IMG/VR virus record: IMGVR_UViG_3300021254_000027
Coordinates: 41,543 to 105,542 of that record
Direction: 5' to 3' (one strand)
DNA from: a virus
Taxonomy: Duplodnaviria > Caudoviricetes
DNA: 64,000 nt
In this document: positions 53,314 to 61,775 of the stretch, piece by piece
How positions within the stretch are numbered: the first letter of the stretch is position 1
How the letters are laid out: the number at the start of each line of letters is the position of its first letter
The notes under the pieces: generated by a model
The model's database searches: none
The model's input: the letters and a program-made list of their open reading frames with translations, nothing else
What the model was told of the DNA's origin: nothing
Position numbers and translations under genes: made by a program

Positions 53314-53913
53314 ATGAAACTATGGACACTAAAAAGGGGCCCCATTGGAGAAATTCCCGAAAATGCTGAATGGTATGACAAAGCAGTTGCAGCGTTGAAA
53401 AAGGAGATGGCTAAACGCATGAAAATTTATATCGCGGCACCAGTAGTCGGCAATAGCGCAGATGTGCAGAATCAAATTTATAATGTTGCTAATTTGTTGA
53501 CTTCTTGGGAAGACGAAGAGCATTATAAGCATAATCGAGGATATGATATTTATTTGCCAAGCCAGCTTAAAGTGCCCAATGCTTGGGGCATGACTATGAA
53601 TGAGTGGGGCCGATGTGTTTTCACTCTTGATGTCGTGGAATTAGATCGCGCCGATTGGGTGGTCGTTTGCGATTTCGGGCGCCAGAACACAGCTGGAACT
53701 AGCTGGGAGGCAGGATATGCATTTGGCAAGGGGAAGAAGATTCTCCTTATAAAAATGCCCGAGGTACAAGAGCAAAGTTTAATGGTCGCATGTTGCGCGG
53801 CAAATAGTATAGATTACGCGGACTTAATGAAATTAAAGGAGATGAAAGATATTGGCTACTTGTTTACAGAGCGAGGCCGCAACCAAAAAGAAGGCGGAAC
53901 AGTCCTTAATTAA
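53314..53913 (+). CDS. Nucleoside 2-deoxyribosyltransferase family protein
   Basis: KIYIAAP...DVVELDRADWVVV...AGTSWEAGYAFGKGKKILL, the NDT family signature. Confidence 0.8.
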   Translation: MKLWTLKRGPIGEIPENAEWYDKAVAALKKEMAKRMKIYIAAPVVGNSADVQNQIYNVANLLTSWEDEEHYKHNRGYDIYLPSQLKVPNAWGMTMNEWGRCVFTLDVVELDRADWVVVCDFGRQNTAGTSWEAGYAFGKGKKILLIKMPEVQEQSLMVACCAANSIDYADLMKLKEMKDIGYLFTERGRNQKEGGTVLN

Positions 53914-54115
53914 GTGTAAGTATTGCGGCGATGGTGAGCCAAGTGTGTTAACATCTTCTGAATATAGCGGGGTTGAGTTGATGTTTTTCCCCAAATTGGG
54001 GTATTTGCGCGCGAGGGTTTATTTAAATAGTGATGAAATTTTTGATACGCAAGATGTTGCGCTGATTAAATATTGTCCTTTTTGCGGAAGAGAATTGGAG
54101 GTAGCACATGAGTAA
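53852..54115 (+). CDS. Small Zn-ribbon protein; true start probably near 53909
   Basis: CKYC and IKYCPFCGREL motifs. Confidence 0.55.
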   Translation: MATCLQSEAATKKKAEQSLIKCKYCGDGEPSVLTSSEYSGVELMFFPKLGYLRARVYLNSDEIFDTQDVALIKYCPFCGRELEVAHE

Positions 54116-54323
54116 GTTGGAAGGTTGGTTTACACTTGCGGCGATAGTAATTTTTGTTGGTTTATTATTGATTTTGCCGATTCCCCTGTTGCTTGCGTGG
54201 AAGGGTATTGCTGTGGCAATGTTTGGTTTGCCCATGCTTGGATATTGGCCGGCGTTTTGGGCTAATCTTACTATAGCTATTTGGTTTGGCGGTATTGGAT
54301 ACCATTCGCGTGGTAAGGAGTAA
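54108..54323 (+). CDS. Small membrane protein
   Basis: 71 aa, two hydrophobic segments, GGAGG RBS. Confidence 0.65.
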   Translation: MSKLEGWFTLAAIVIFVGLLLILPIPLLLAWKGIAVAMFGLPMLGYWPAFWANLTIAIWFGGIGYHSRGKE

Positions 54324-54325
54324 TT

Positions 54326-54565
54326 ATGATTTATAAATGTACTACTGTTTATAATGGAGAAGTAAAGACTGTAAGGGGAAATTGGGCAGGGGTGGTAACT
54401 GCTATATATTCCCATATTAATGATGAAGAAAACGCGCGAAAAGTTTCTATTTTAATTGGGCCTGTGCAAGCAGAAATGTTTTTCGGGCAAGAAGTAAATA
54501 TTGAGCTTGGCGATATACAGAATAAATTTAAGATTAAAATAGAAACCATTAAGCCAACAGCTTAG
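54326..54565 (+). CDS. Hypothetical protein ending in TAG
   Basis: 79-aa ORF, AAGGAG RBS, TAG 54563-54565. Confidence 0.6.
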   Translation: MIYKCTTVYNGEVKTVRGNWAGVVTAIYSHINDEENARKVSILIGPVQAEMFFGQEVNIELGDIQNKFKIKIETIKPTA

Positions 54566-54576
54566 GGGATGTTAGA

Positions 54577-54777
54577 ATGGCTAAACGAGGATGGTATTTA
54601 AAATGTAGAACTTGCGGCGGATATAGGGAAGGTGGGATAGATATATTAACACCTTGTCCGTATTGCTGTCAAGTGACTCAATGGGAGAAGGCTTTTGAAG
54701 TAGAATATGTAATTGGCCCGACACCCGAAATTCAAAAGAGGTTTAGAAAGAGAAAAAGCCAGACCAAAGCGATTTAA
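54577..54777 (+). CDS. Small Zn-ribbon protein
   Basis: CRTC...CPYC. Confidence 0.6.
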   Translation: MAKRGWYLKCRTCGGYREGGIDILTPCPYCCQVTQWEKAFEVEYVIGPTPEIQKRFRKRKSQTKAI

Positions 54778-55100
54778 CAAAATCAAAATAATTTTCTCCC
54801 GAAACCTACCCCGGGGTTGATATTTTTTATTCGGTAAAAAAAACAGCGGGTAGTCTGGGGTATAAAAAAATTCGACGGGGCGCCCACGGCCAAGGCGCCC
54901 CGATTTTCCGTGTTAAATTTCTGTTAAAAAAATTTAACAGAGATGTCATAGAAATTTAACACACGACCCCAGCCCCGAAACCTGGCACCCCAATGTTAAG
55001 AGTTTGTTAAACCGTCGATCACGCGCGCAAAAGGGGCTTGACAAATGCACCTGGCGGGTGTATAATAGTGACAACGAAAGGGACAAGAGAGGTGCTAACG

Positions 55101-55502
55101 ATGACTTACTACTTCGACATGGACGGCGTGCTGGCGAACTTCCACAAGGCTTATGCTGCTGACAAGGCTACTGCTCTTAAGCGTAACGCTATGGCGAACC
55201 TGGAGCCCTTCCAGCACAACGTTGACCTGCTGAACAACCTGATCGCCGCTGGCGTGACCTGCTACATCCTGACCAAGGCGGCGAACGCAGACGCCATGCA
55301 GGGCAAGATCGACTGGCTGGCTAAGTACGTTCCTGCCATGGACGCTGAGCACTTCATCTGCATCATGAAGGGACGCAAGGTGGACAGCATCCGCGAGGCT
55401 GGTGTGTTGGTGGACGACGACAAGACCAACTGCAACCAGTGGAACAAAGCAGGCTACACCAGCATCTACCTTGAGACCAAGGGACAGGACATTGTTCTGT
55501 AA
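55101..55502 (+). CDS. HAD-family 5'(3')-deoxyribonucleotidase-like protein
   Basis: YFDMDGVLANF, ILT, K..WL, GVLVDD motifs; ATG 55101 after GAGGTG. Confidence 0.8.
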   Translation: MTYYFDMDGVLANFHKAYAADKATALKRNAMANLEPFQHNVDLLNNLIAAGVTCYILTKAANADAMQGKIDWLAKYVPAMDAEHFICIMKGRKVDSIREAGVLVDDDKTNCNQWNKAGYTSIYLETKGQDIVL

Positions 55503-55584
55503 TAAACTCTTAACAATCGAAGGGCTTGACAATCAAGCCCTTTGGTGGTATAATAAATACATCAAAAGCAAGGAGGTCACTTCC

Positions 55585-55746
55585 ATGAAGTACATCATCG
55601 TCAGCATCAACACCGGCAAGCAGGTTCCCGCGATCGACATCTGCGGCGAGGAGCATTGGGAGCCGCTGGAGCTCAAAGCGGCGGCAAAGGCAGTCGCCAC
55701 CATGAACCGCGAAAGCGGCAAGGCTTATAGGCTAGAGCGCCTGTAA
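55585..55746 (+). CDS. Hypothetical early protein (53 aa)
   Basis: Own promoter, AAGGAGG RBS, MKYIIVSINTGK. Confidence 0.7.
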   Translation: MKYIIVSINTGKQVPAIDICGEEHWEPLELKAAAKAVATMNRESGKAYRLERL

Positions 55747-55963
55747 GCCGCTTCTTTTGCACCAGGTTCCCCCGTTTGCACGCGCGCTGGCGGCCGCTTC
55801 GCAGTCGCCAGCGCCGAGTTTGCGCGATGTATAGGTATGCAGAAAAAATGGATCAACATGCATGTGTTAAGCATTTGTTAAACCTCTCCTGAAACGCTTG
55901 ACAACCTGGCGAAGCTGTGCTATAATTAGTACAACGAAAGGGACAAGAGAGGAGATCATCACA

Positions 55964-56179
55964 ATGACTAAGACCTATTGCATTATCAGCGAGCGCAACA
56001 ACGTAACCATCAAGAGCATGGACTTTGGCAAAGCTGTCCGCGTGACCGAGTATTTCGCAGCTATGCAGCTTGACCTGACGATCTTGACCTGGCACATCAG
56101 CGATAATGGCGACTATGTGCTGGATACCATGACCAAGGAACACAAGCGTTACGCCTTCATCGTAAGGGAGGAGGCGTAA
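55964..56179 (+). CDS. Hypothetical early protein (71 aa)
   Basis: Own promoter, GAGGAG RBS, MTKTYCIISERN. Confidence 0.7.
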   Translation: MTKTYCIISERNNVTIKSMDFGKAVRVTEYFAAMQLDLTILTWHISDNGDYVLDTMTKEHKRYAFIVREEA

Positions 56180-56252
56180 CGGAAACTTAACTTGACACCT
56201 AACACAGTATGTGTTATACTATAGGTACAAACAAGAGAGGAGCTGATACGTA

Positions 56253-56570
56253 ATGCGTAAGGCGATGGTTCTGATGGTGCTCATGGTAGTGATGGGAATG
56301 TTCTTTTCTTCGGCGTGCGCAGAGACCTACCCGGCGGCTTTCGTGGTCGTAGACACTGACGCAAATAACGACCTCCTGGTGCTCGTTGACTTCAATGGCA
56401 ATGAGTGGACATGGGAAGGCGTAGAAGATTGGGCGATCGGTGACATGGCCGCGGCCGTAATGGATGACGCCGGAACGTCGATCATCTATGATGACGCCAT
56501 TATCACCCTGCGCTATGTGGGCTGGCTGGATGGATGGGCAGAGAGAGCTAACGAGTGGTGTGAGCGCTAA
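56253..56570 (+). CDS. Secreted/membrane-anchored small protein
   Basis: Signal-peptide-like N-terminus (MRKAMVLMVLMVVMGMFFSSACA); own promoter. Confidence 0.7.
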   Translation: MRKAMVLMVLMVVMGMFFSSACAETYPAAFVVVDTDANNDLLVLVDFNGNEWTWEGVEDWAIGDMAAAVMDDAGTSIIYDDAIITLRYVGWLDGWAERANEWCER

Positions 56571-56680
56571 GCGCTTACACCATACCAGGACGTAACAAAT
56601 ACTTAACATACACAAGTCTTGACAAGCTGCTGATCGTGTGGTATACTATACACACAAGCAAGAGAGAGGAGCTACACACT

Positions 56681-56827
56681 ATGTACACCATCATGATCAG
56701 CAGCAACACCAGCGACATGGTCTATCACTACAGCATGCAGGACATCGACAAGGCAAGGATCTCACTAGAATACCTCAACATCATGACCGAAGACAAGTGG
56801 ACGATGACCATCGACAAACAGTCTTGA
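56681..56827 (+). CDS. Hypothetical early protein (48 aa)
   Basis: Own promoter, GAGGAG RBS, MYTIMISS. Confidence 0.65.
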   Translation: MYTIMISSNTSDMVYHYSMQDIDKARISLEYLNIMTEDKWTMTIDKQS

Positions 56828-57083
56828 CCAACCAGGTCAAGGCTGTTTCTTCATCTCTCGCAGGCGCGCGGGCGGGCGTCAGGTCGCCCTTCGCGCCGAG
56901 TTCGCGCTTAACAGAGCCTTCACAATATTGTCACACAAAAACAACATGTTAAATATGTGTTAAATCTTTCCTACAACCTGGCGCATGGCACAATGATGTC
57001 ACAGTGTTGTCGTGTGCTTGTCCTTGCTTGTGTGTCTGTTGTATGATACAATAGATACATCAAGAGGCAAGGAGATGTTAACC

Positions 57084-57221
57084 ATGTTGGAGCTGATCGC
57101 ATTTGTGTTGTTGATCTATTGGGCGTTAGCTTTTGTCCTGGTGGCGTTTGGGGCGTGGTCGATTTGGACTTTGATAATTGGTTTGATAATGGGATTTGTT
57201 TACGTAATGTTTACAGAATAG
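57084..57221 (+). CDS. Small membrane protein (45 aa) ending in TAG
   Basis: AAGGAG RBS, two hydrophobic segments. Confidence 0.6.
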   Translation: MLELIAFVLLIYWALAFVLVAFGAWSIWTLIIGLIMGFVYVMFTE

Positions 57222-57284
57222 GGGCTTGACAAATCAAGCCCCATCCTGTATAATAATATTAGATCAAAGAGAGGAGCGAACACC

Positions 57285-57632
57285 ATGACTAATCTGAAAT
57301 CCATCAAAGTTTCCTACCACTTCCAGAACGACAGGCAGGGGCGCAAAGAGCGCATCGACAGGGTTGTTAATGGGAATTGGGGTTCCGTGGTCAAAGAGGA
57401 ATTCCGCAAGGACGCCTGGCGCATGTTGACTGATACTGGATTGATTTTCATTTTGACCCCTAACAAGGAACTGATTTTGACTTATTACTTTGCTACCGGC
57501 AAGACGGTTAATGAAATGTATCACGGCAAAGCGCCCAAGGCGATCACGAACCGCATTAACAAGAACGCGCGCGCCTACGCTGAAATTTACAACGAAGGAA
57601 TCAGCACCGAGCGCGTTTACCACAAGATTTAA
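57285..57632 (+). CDS. Hypothetical early protein (115 aa)
   Basis: Own promoter and GAGGAG RBS. Confidence 0.75.
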   Translation: MTNLKSIKVSYHFQNDRQGRKERIDRVVNGNWGSVVKEEFRKDAWRMLTDTGLIFILTPNKELILTYYFATGKTVNEMYHGKAPKAITNRINKNARAYAEIYNEGISTERVYHKI

Positions 57633-57703
57633 CAATCGAAGGGGTTGACAAAACCCCTTCTCCATGGTATAATAGTTACATCAAAGAGAGAGAGGCGATC
57701 CCA

Positions 57704-58180
57704 ATGAAGAAGATTTTCACCAACACCCTGAGCGTCAAGGAAGCCCGCGAACTGATTAACGAAGGTTACAAGTTCTTTGTAAAGTGCGACTTCGTCACCT
57801 GCGGCACGATCGATCCCTGGAGCGGAATGCCGAACATTGACAACAATGTGGCGGTGTTCACGAACAAGGCCGAAGCCGAAGCCTGCGCGGCCGAACAGGT
57901 TTGGCCCTTCAATCCCAATGTGCACGGCACCGTGGAAGAACTCCGCTGGGGCGAGACGTGGGACGAAATGGAAGAACGTCTGGCGCGTGAGAAGGCCGAA
58001 CGCAAAGCGAAGCGCGAAGCCAAGGAAGCCGAGAAGGCCGCCGCCGCTGGTATGACGGTTGCCGAATACAAGGCCGCAAAAGCCAAAGCCGCCAAGCGTG
58101 CGAAGCTGAAAAAAGAGATCGCCGAGCTTGAAGCGGAACTCGCCGCTAAGCGTGCGGAACTCGCCGAAGTGGACGCCTGA
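57704..58180 (+). CDS. Hypothetical early protein with Ala/Lys/Glu coiled-coil tail
   Basis: 158 aa, own promoter and RBS. Confidence 0.75.
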   Translation: MKKIFTNTLSVKEARELINEGYKFFVKCDFVTCGTIDPWSGMPNIDNNVAVFTNKAEAEACAAEQVWPFNPNVHGTVEELRWGETWDEMEERLAREKAERKAKREAKEAEKAAAAGMTVAEYKAAKAKAAKRAKLKKEIAELEAELAAKRAELAEVDA

Positions 58181-58279
58181 AAAGGCGTCCAAGTCTTTGT
58201 TAAGATTTAAAAAACCTATTGACAACTACTCCAGCTTGTGTTATAATTAGTACATCAAAGAGAGAGAGGAAGTAATCAA

Positions 58280-58477
58280 ATGTTCTACATGATCGCCTAC
58301 ACCATCCGCTACGACGAAGAGACCTACGAAGAGAAGTTCGTCAACGCCGACGACATGCGCGACTACTACGAGGAGAGCGGCATGGCTGACAGCGACCTCG
58401 TCGAGGACGTCTGGTTCTACCGCAAGGACGAGCACGGCGTCTGGGTTGAGTTCAAACCCGCCTGGCTCTGGGACTAA
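58280..58477 (+). CDS. Small highly acidic protein (65 aa)
   Basis: Own promoter and RBS; rich in Asp/Glu and aromatic residues. Confidence 0.7.
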   Translation: MFYMIAYTIRYDEETYEEKFVNADDMRDYYEESGMADSDLVEDVWFYRKDEHGVWVEFKPAWLWD

Positions 58478-58667
58478 TCCCAGAGCCTTTTCATTTGGCG
58501 GCGCGCGCACGGCTGTTTGCGCGCCGAAATCGCACCATAACATGATCTCCATAATTTATTAACACAAAAGTCGCATGTTAAGTATGTGTTAAATGATCCC
58601 AATACCTATTGACAACCTGGTGCAAAGGATGTATAATAGATACATCAAGAGCGAGGGGGACAAAAAA

Positions 58668-58796
58668 ATGTTCGAGATCTACAATGTTTACACTGGCGTA
58701 ACAATCCTGTCGGGTCTGACCTTTAAGCAGGCGTTTAACCTGCGGATGATGCAGGCCGACCGCCTGGACCTGGCGATCCGCGAAACAAAATCTTAA
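58668..58796 (+). CDS. Hypothetical early protein (42 aa)
   Basis: Own promoter, GAGGGG RBS, MFEIYNVYTG. Confidence 0.65.
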   Translation: MFEIYNVYTGVTILSGLTFKQAFNLRMMQADRLDLAIRETKS

Positions 58797-58852
58797 CTTG
58801 ACAAATTCGACTGAACCCGCTATAATAGAATCATCGAAGGGAGCTGATCAGA

Positions 58853-59317
58853 ATGAATAAAGAGATTATCAAGGCTATGCAGGGCAAGAAGGAACACAAG
58901 GTGCGCAAGTGGTGGCGCAAGAATGGTTACAAGGTCTGGCGCGTAGTGCTGTTCCCGCTGTGGGCTTGCGTAAAAGCGAAAGAGAAAATCACCGAACAAC
59001 TGGACAATCGGCAAGAGTGGGACGAAGAACGCGCTAACGAAATTCTCAACTACTACATTCCGCGCCGTGCCCACTGGAACGAAAAAGACCAGTGCTTCTA
59101 CTTCTTCGATAATGGTATGGGGTGGAACCTGGCGCTTGCTAAAAAGTATTTGAAGCGGAAAGATCGTCGCTTCTGGCAAATCCACACCGGTTTCTTTGGT
59201 GGAAAAATTCGGGAATACTTGATCGACAAATTCCAGCTTGAAGGCTTTACCAAAGAAGTTGGACCCTATGACGACTGGACCGAAGTTACCTTCAATCTTA
59301 ACACGGAAAGGGCTTGA
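58853..59317 (+). CDS. Hypothetical early protein (154 aa)
   Basis: Own promoter and RBS; its TGA lies inside the next -35 box. Confidence 0.75.
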   Translation: MNKEIIKAMQGKKEHKVRKWWRKNGYKVWRVVLFPLWACVKAKEKITEQLDNRQEWDEERANEILNYYIPRRAHWNEKDQCFYFFDNGMGWNLALAKKYLKRKDRRFWQIHTGFFGGKIREYLIDKFQLEGFTKEVGPYDDWTEVTFNLNTERA

Positions 59318-59365
59318 CAAAAGCCCTTCCGGATGGTATAATAGACTCATCAACAAGAGAGGAAA

Positions 59366-59605
59366 GTGATAAAAATGGAAATCAATTGGACTGTGGAATA
59401 TTCTCTGAATATTGGCGACGGCGATCTGGAAAACATGGCCGAAGTCGCCAACGACTACATCCGCGCAGGCTATGAGCGCAAAGAAGCGATCCACGAAGCG
59501 GTGAATGACTATCTGATGGGCCTGGATGATTGCATCTACTACAGCATCACCGAAGAGGCCGGTCAGCAGATCGAGGATACACTTAACGAACACTTAACCG
59601 AGTAA
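59366..59605 (+). CDS. Small acidic protein (79 aa)
   Basis: Own promoter and RBS. Confidence 0.7.
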   Translation: MIKMEINWTVEYSLNIGDGDLENMAEVANDYIRAGYERKEAIHEAVNDYLMGLDDCIYYSITEEAGQQIEDTLNEHLTE

Positions 59606-59662
59606 GGGGTTGACAAATCCCCTACTCGGGAGTATAATAAGAGCATGAAAGGGGTTGAGAGT

Positions 59663-59854
59663 ATGAAAGAGTTTAACTACATCAACGATTTAGGAGCACG
59701 GAAAAAATTGGTGGTTTATCCACTGAATGAAAGCGGTAAACACCCCGTTACCCTCTGGTGTATGGAAAATGGAGAACTCGCGGGGACTGGAGAACTGACG
59801 CCCGAGGAAGTCAAAGATTGGCTTGCACACTATGGCATCACAGATACACTGTGA
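59663..59854 (+). CDS. Hypothetical early protein (63 aa)
   Basis: Own promoter, AAAGGGG RBS, MKEFNYIND. Confidence 0.65.
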   Translation: MKEFNYINDLGARKKLVVYPLNESGKHPVTLWCMENGELAGTGELTPEEVKDWLAHYGITDTL

Positions 59855-60036
59855 TGCTTTCATTCGGCCGCGCGCTCCTGGTCGTTGCGCGCGGTTTTTA
59901 CGCCTTAACACACCCTTCACATTTTTGTAACACGATCGCCGCATGTTAACTGTAGGTTAAATGATCCTGAAACCTCTTGACAGCCTGGCGCAGATGATGT
60001 ATAATAGTCTTACAAACAAGAGAGGAGCTGACAAAA

Positions 60037-60327
60037 ATGATTAGCACTGGAATCGTTCGCCGCATTGATGAATTGGGCCGCGTTGTTATCCCGAAGGAGA
60101 TTCGCCGTTCTCTGAAAATAAAGGATGGCGACCCGCTGGAGATTTTCCGCGACAAGGACAAGCTGGTCCTGGTCAAGTATGCGCCCGAAGATGACAAGCA
60201 GGACGCAGTAGACACTTTGAACGAATGGCTGAAAGATACGGAACAGTCCGCGGCGCTGACTGATATTGAGCGCACGACCTTTAAGATGCTGCTGGATAAG
60301 GTGGCGGGTGTTAAGACTGGTGAATAA
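60037..60327 (+). CDS. AbrB/SpoVT-family transcriptional regulator
   Basis: MISTGIVRRIDELGRVVIPKEIRRSLKIKDGDPLEIF, the AbrB/SpoVT N-terminal DNA-binding domain. Confidence 0.9.
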   Translation: MISTGIVRRIDELGRVVIPKEIRRSLKIKDGDPLEIFRDKDKLVLVKYAPEDDKQDAVDTLNEWLKDTEQSAALTDIERTTFKMLLDKVAGVKTGE

Positions 60328-60440
60328 CCAGTTCTTAACATCCTGGCCTGGCGGCCAATGTTAAGATTTGAAGAACCTCTTGACAAACTGACTAACCTAT
60401 GATACAATAGTATCAGATCAAAGAAAGGAAGTTGATTCAA

Positions 60441-60623
60441 ATGACGAACAACAACAACACTACTTCTTGCAGCATTTCCCTCTCCACTCTGCTGGGCGTT
60501 ACCTTCATCATTCTCAAGCTGTGCGGCGTGATCGCGTGGTCCTGGTGGTGGGTCCTGGCTCCCTTCTGGATTCCGGTCGCCATCGCTGTGATCTTCTGCG
60601 TTATCATCCTGCTTATCAGGTGA
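60441..60623 (+). CDS. Small two-helix membrane protein
   Basis: LLGVTFIILKLCGVIAWSWWWVLAPFWIP, a motif common in phage small membrane proteins. Confidence 0.75.
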   Translation: MTNNNNTTSCSISLSTLLGVTFIILKLCGVIAWSWWWVLAPFWIPVAIAVIFCVIILLIR

Positions 60624-60693
60624 TAACAAACTCTTAACTTGACAATCTCGGCTGACTATGATACAATAGATACATCGAAAGGGGATAAACAAA

Positions 60694-60717
60694 ATGCCAA
60701 ATGCTCCGCCCACCTAA
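60694..60717 (+). CDS. 7-aa minigene MPNAPPT
   Basis: Own promoter (60639-60667), leader and GAAAGGGG RBS, ATG CCA AAT GCT CCG CCC ACC TAA. Confidence 0.5.
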   Translation: MPNAPPT

Positions 60718-60820
60718 AACCTGGTTAACAAACTCTTAACTTGACAAACCGAACCTGATGTGATATAATAAGTCCAGAAAGTGAAGGAAAACACTAAAAA
60801 ACCAGAAAGGAATTGATACT

Positions 60821-61168
60821 ATGACCAATAAGATGACTTACGCCGTTGCTCTGAACAATGCCATCAACCTGACCGAAGGTGAGACCCGTGAGACGCTGGA
60901 GCGCCTGCTGGAATCCATCAACAAGCGCAACGCCAGCAAGTCCAGCACTGGCAAGCCCACTAAGACCCAGCGTGAGAACATGGAAGTCAAGGCCCAGATC
61001 GTGGAGTTCCTGCGCGGCTCCGAGCCTGTCCAGTGTGGCGCGATTGCCACGGAGCTGGGCCTGTCCGGCCAGAAGGTTTCCGCTCTGCTCAAGCAGCTGT
61101 GCGAGAGCGGCGAGGTGGTCAAGACCGAAGGCCCCAAGCACGTCTCCCTGTTCGCCATCAAGGCGTAA
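60821..61168 (+). CDS. Winged-helix DNA-binding protein, paralog 1
   Basis: KPTKTQ...IVEFL...IATELGLSGQKVSALLKQL..GEVVK. Confidence 0.7.
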   Translation: MTNKMTYAVALNNAINLTEGETRETLERLLESINKRNASKSSTGKPTKTQRENMEVKAQIVEFLRGSEPVQCGAIATELGLSGQKVSALLKQLCESGEVVKTEGPKHVSLFAIKA

Positions 61169-61245
61169 CAAACAATTAACTTGGGCGGGGCTTGACAAAA
61201 GCCCCAGCCCATGGTATAATAGATACATCAAGAGACGAAAGGTAG

Positions 61246-61452
61246 TTGATCTTAATGGCAATGAACTCTCTGTTGGGTAAGACCATGGCAATCTGGATGC
61301 TGGCGGGTCGTCCGCTTGTCGCGTGCGTTTTCTTCCTCGCTGGTTTCCTGCCCGACCTCATCCGCAACTATCTGAAACGGCGTCGCCGTCTGATCATCCA
61401 GTGCGACGAAACGGTAGTGAAACCGGTGGGCAAGTACAGGCTGCACGATTAG
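61246..61452 (+). CDS. Small membrane-associated protein ending in TAG
   Basis: Own promoter, hydrophobic segment then basic tail. Confidence 0.6.
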   Translation: MILMAMNSLLGKTMAIWMLAGRPLVACVFFLAGFLPDLIRNYLKRRRRLIIQCDETVVKPVGKYRLHD

Positions 61453-61501
61453 TGCAGCCTTTTTGGCGGCCCGGTCGCGAGCGCGACCTGGCCGAAATTC
61501 C

Positions 61502-61530
61502 ATTATAACATGCCGCCAGCAATTTGTCAA
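61502..61530 (-). promoter_or_regulatory. Perfect antisense sigmaA promoter
   Basis: TTGACA(61530-25)-N17 with extended -10 TG-TATAAT(61507-02), firing leftwards into a GC hairpin. Confidence 0.8.
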
Positions 61531-61775
61531 GAGAAAAAGTGTTAAATCTATGTTAAGTTTCTGATCCCGAAACGAGCCTGGCGCGCCTGCATAATTATGC
61601 AGGCGCATTGCATAAATATTCATGTATAATCATGCAAGAGAATGAATAAAAGTTTACAATCTCTCAACACGAAATACGTTGAACCTTAACAGTCGTTTGT
61701 GCTATACTATAATTGTTCCAAGGGGAACGGAAATCACGCGGGCGCGGCGATACGGCGCGGAAAGGGATTGATACT

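Noticed and set aside
55747-55830. tRNA (including an amber suppressor) among the GC-rich hairpins
   Set aside because: No cloverleaf or proper T-loop seen. I found no tRNA, release factor or synthetase in the window, so the recoding machinery must lie elsewhere (tRNAscan-SE would confirm).
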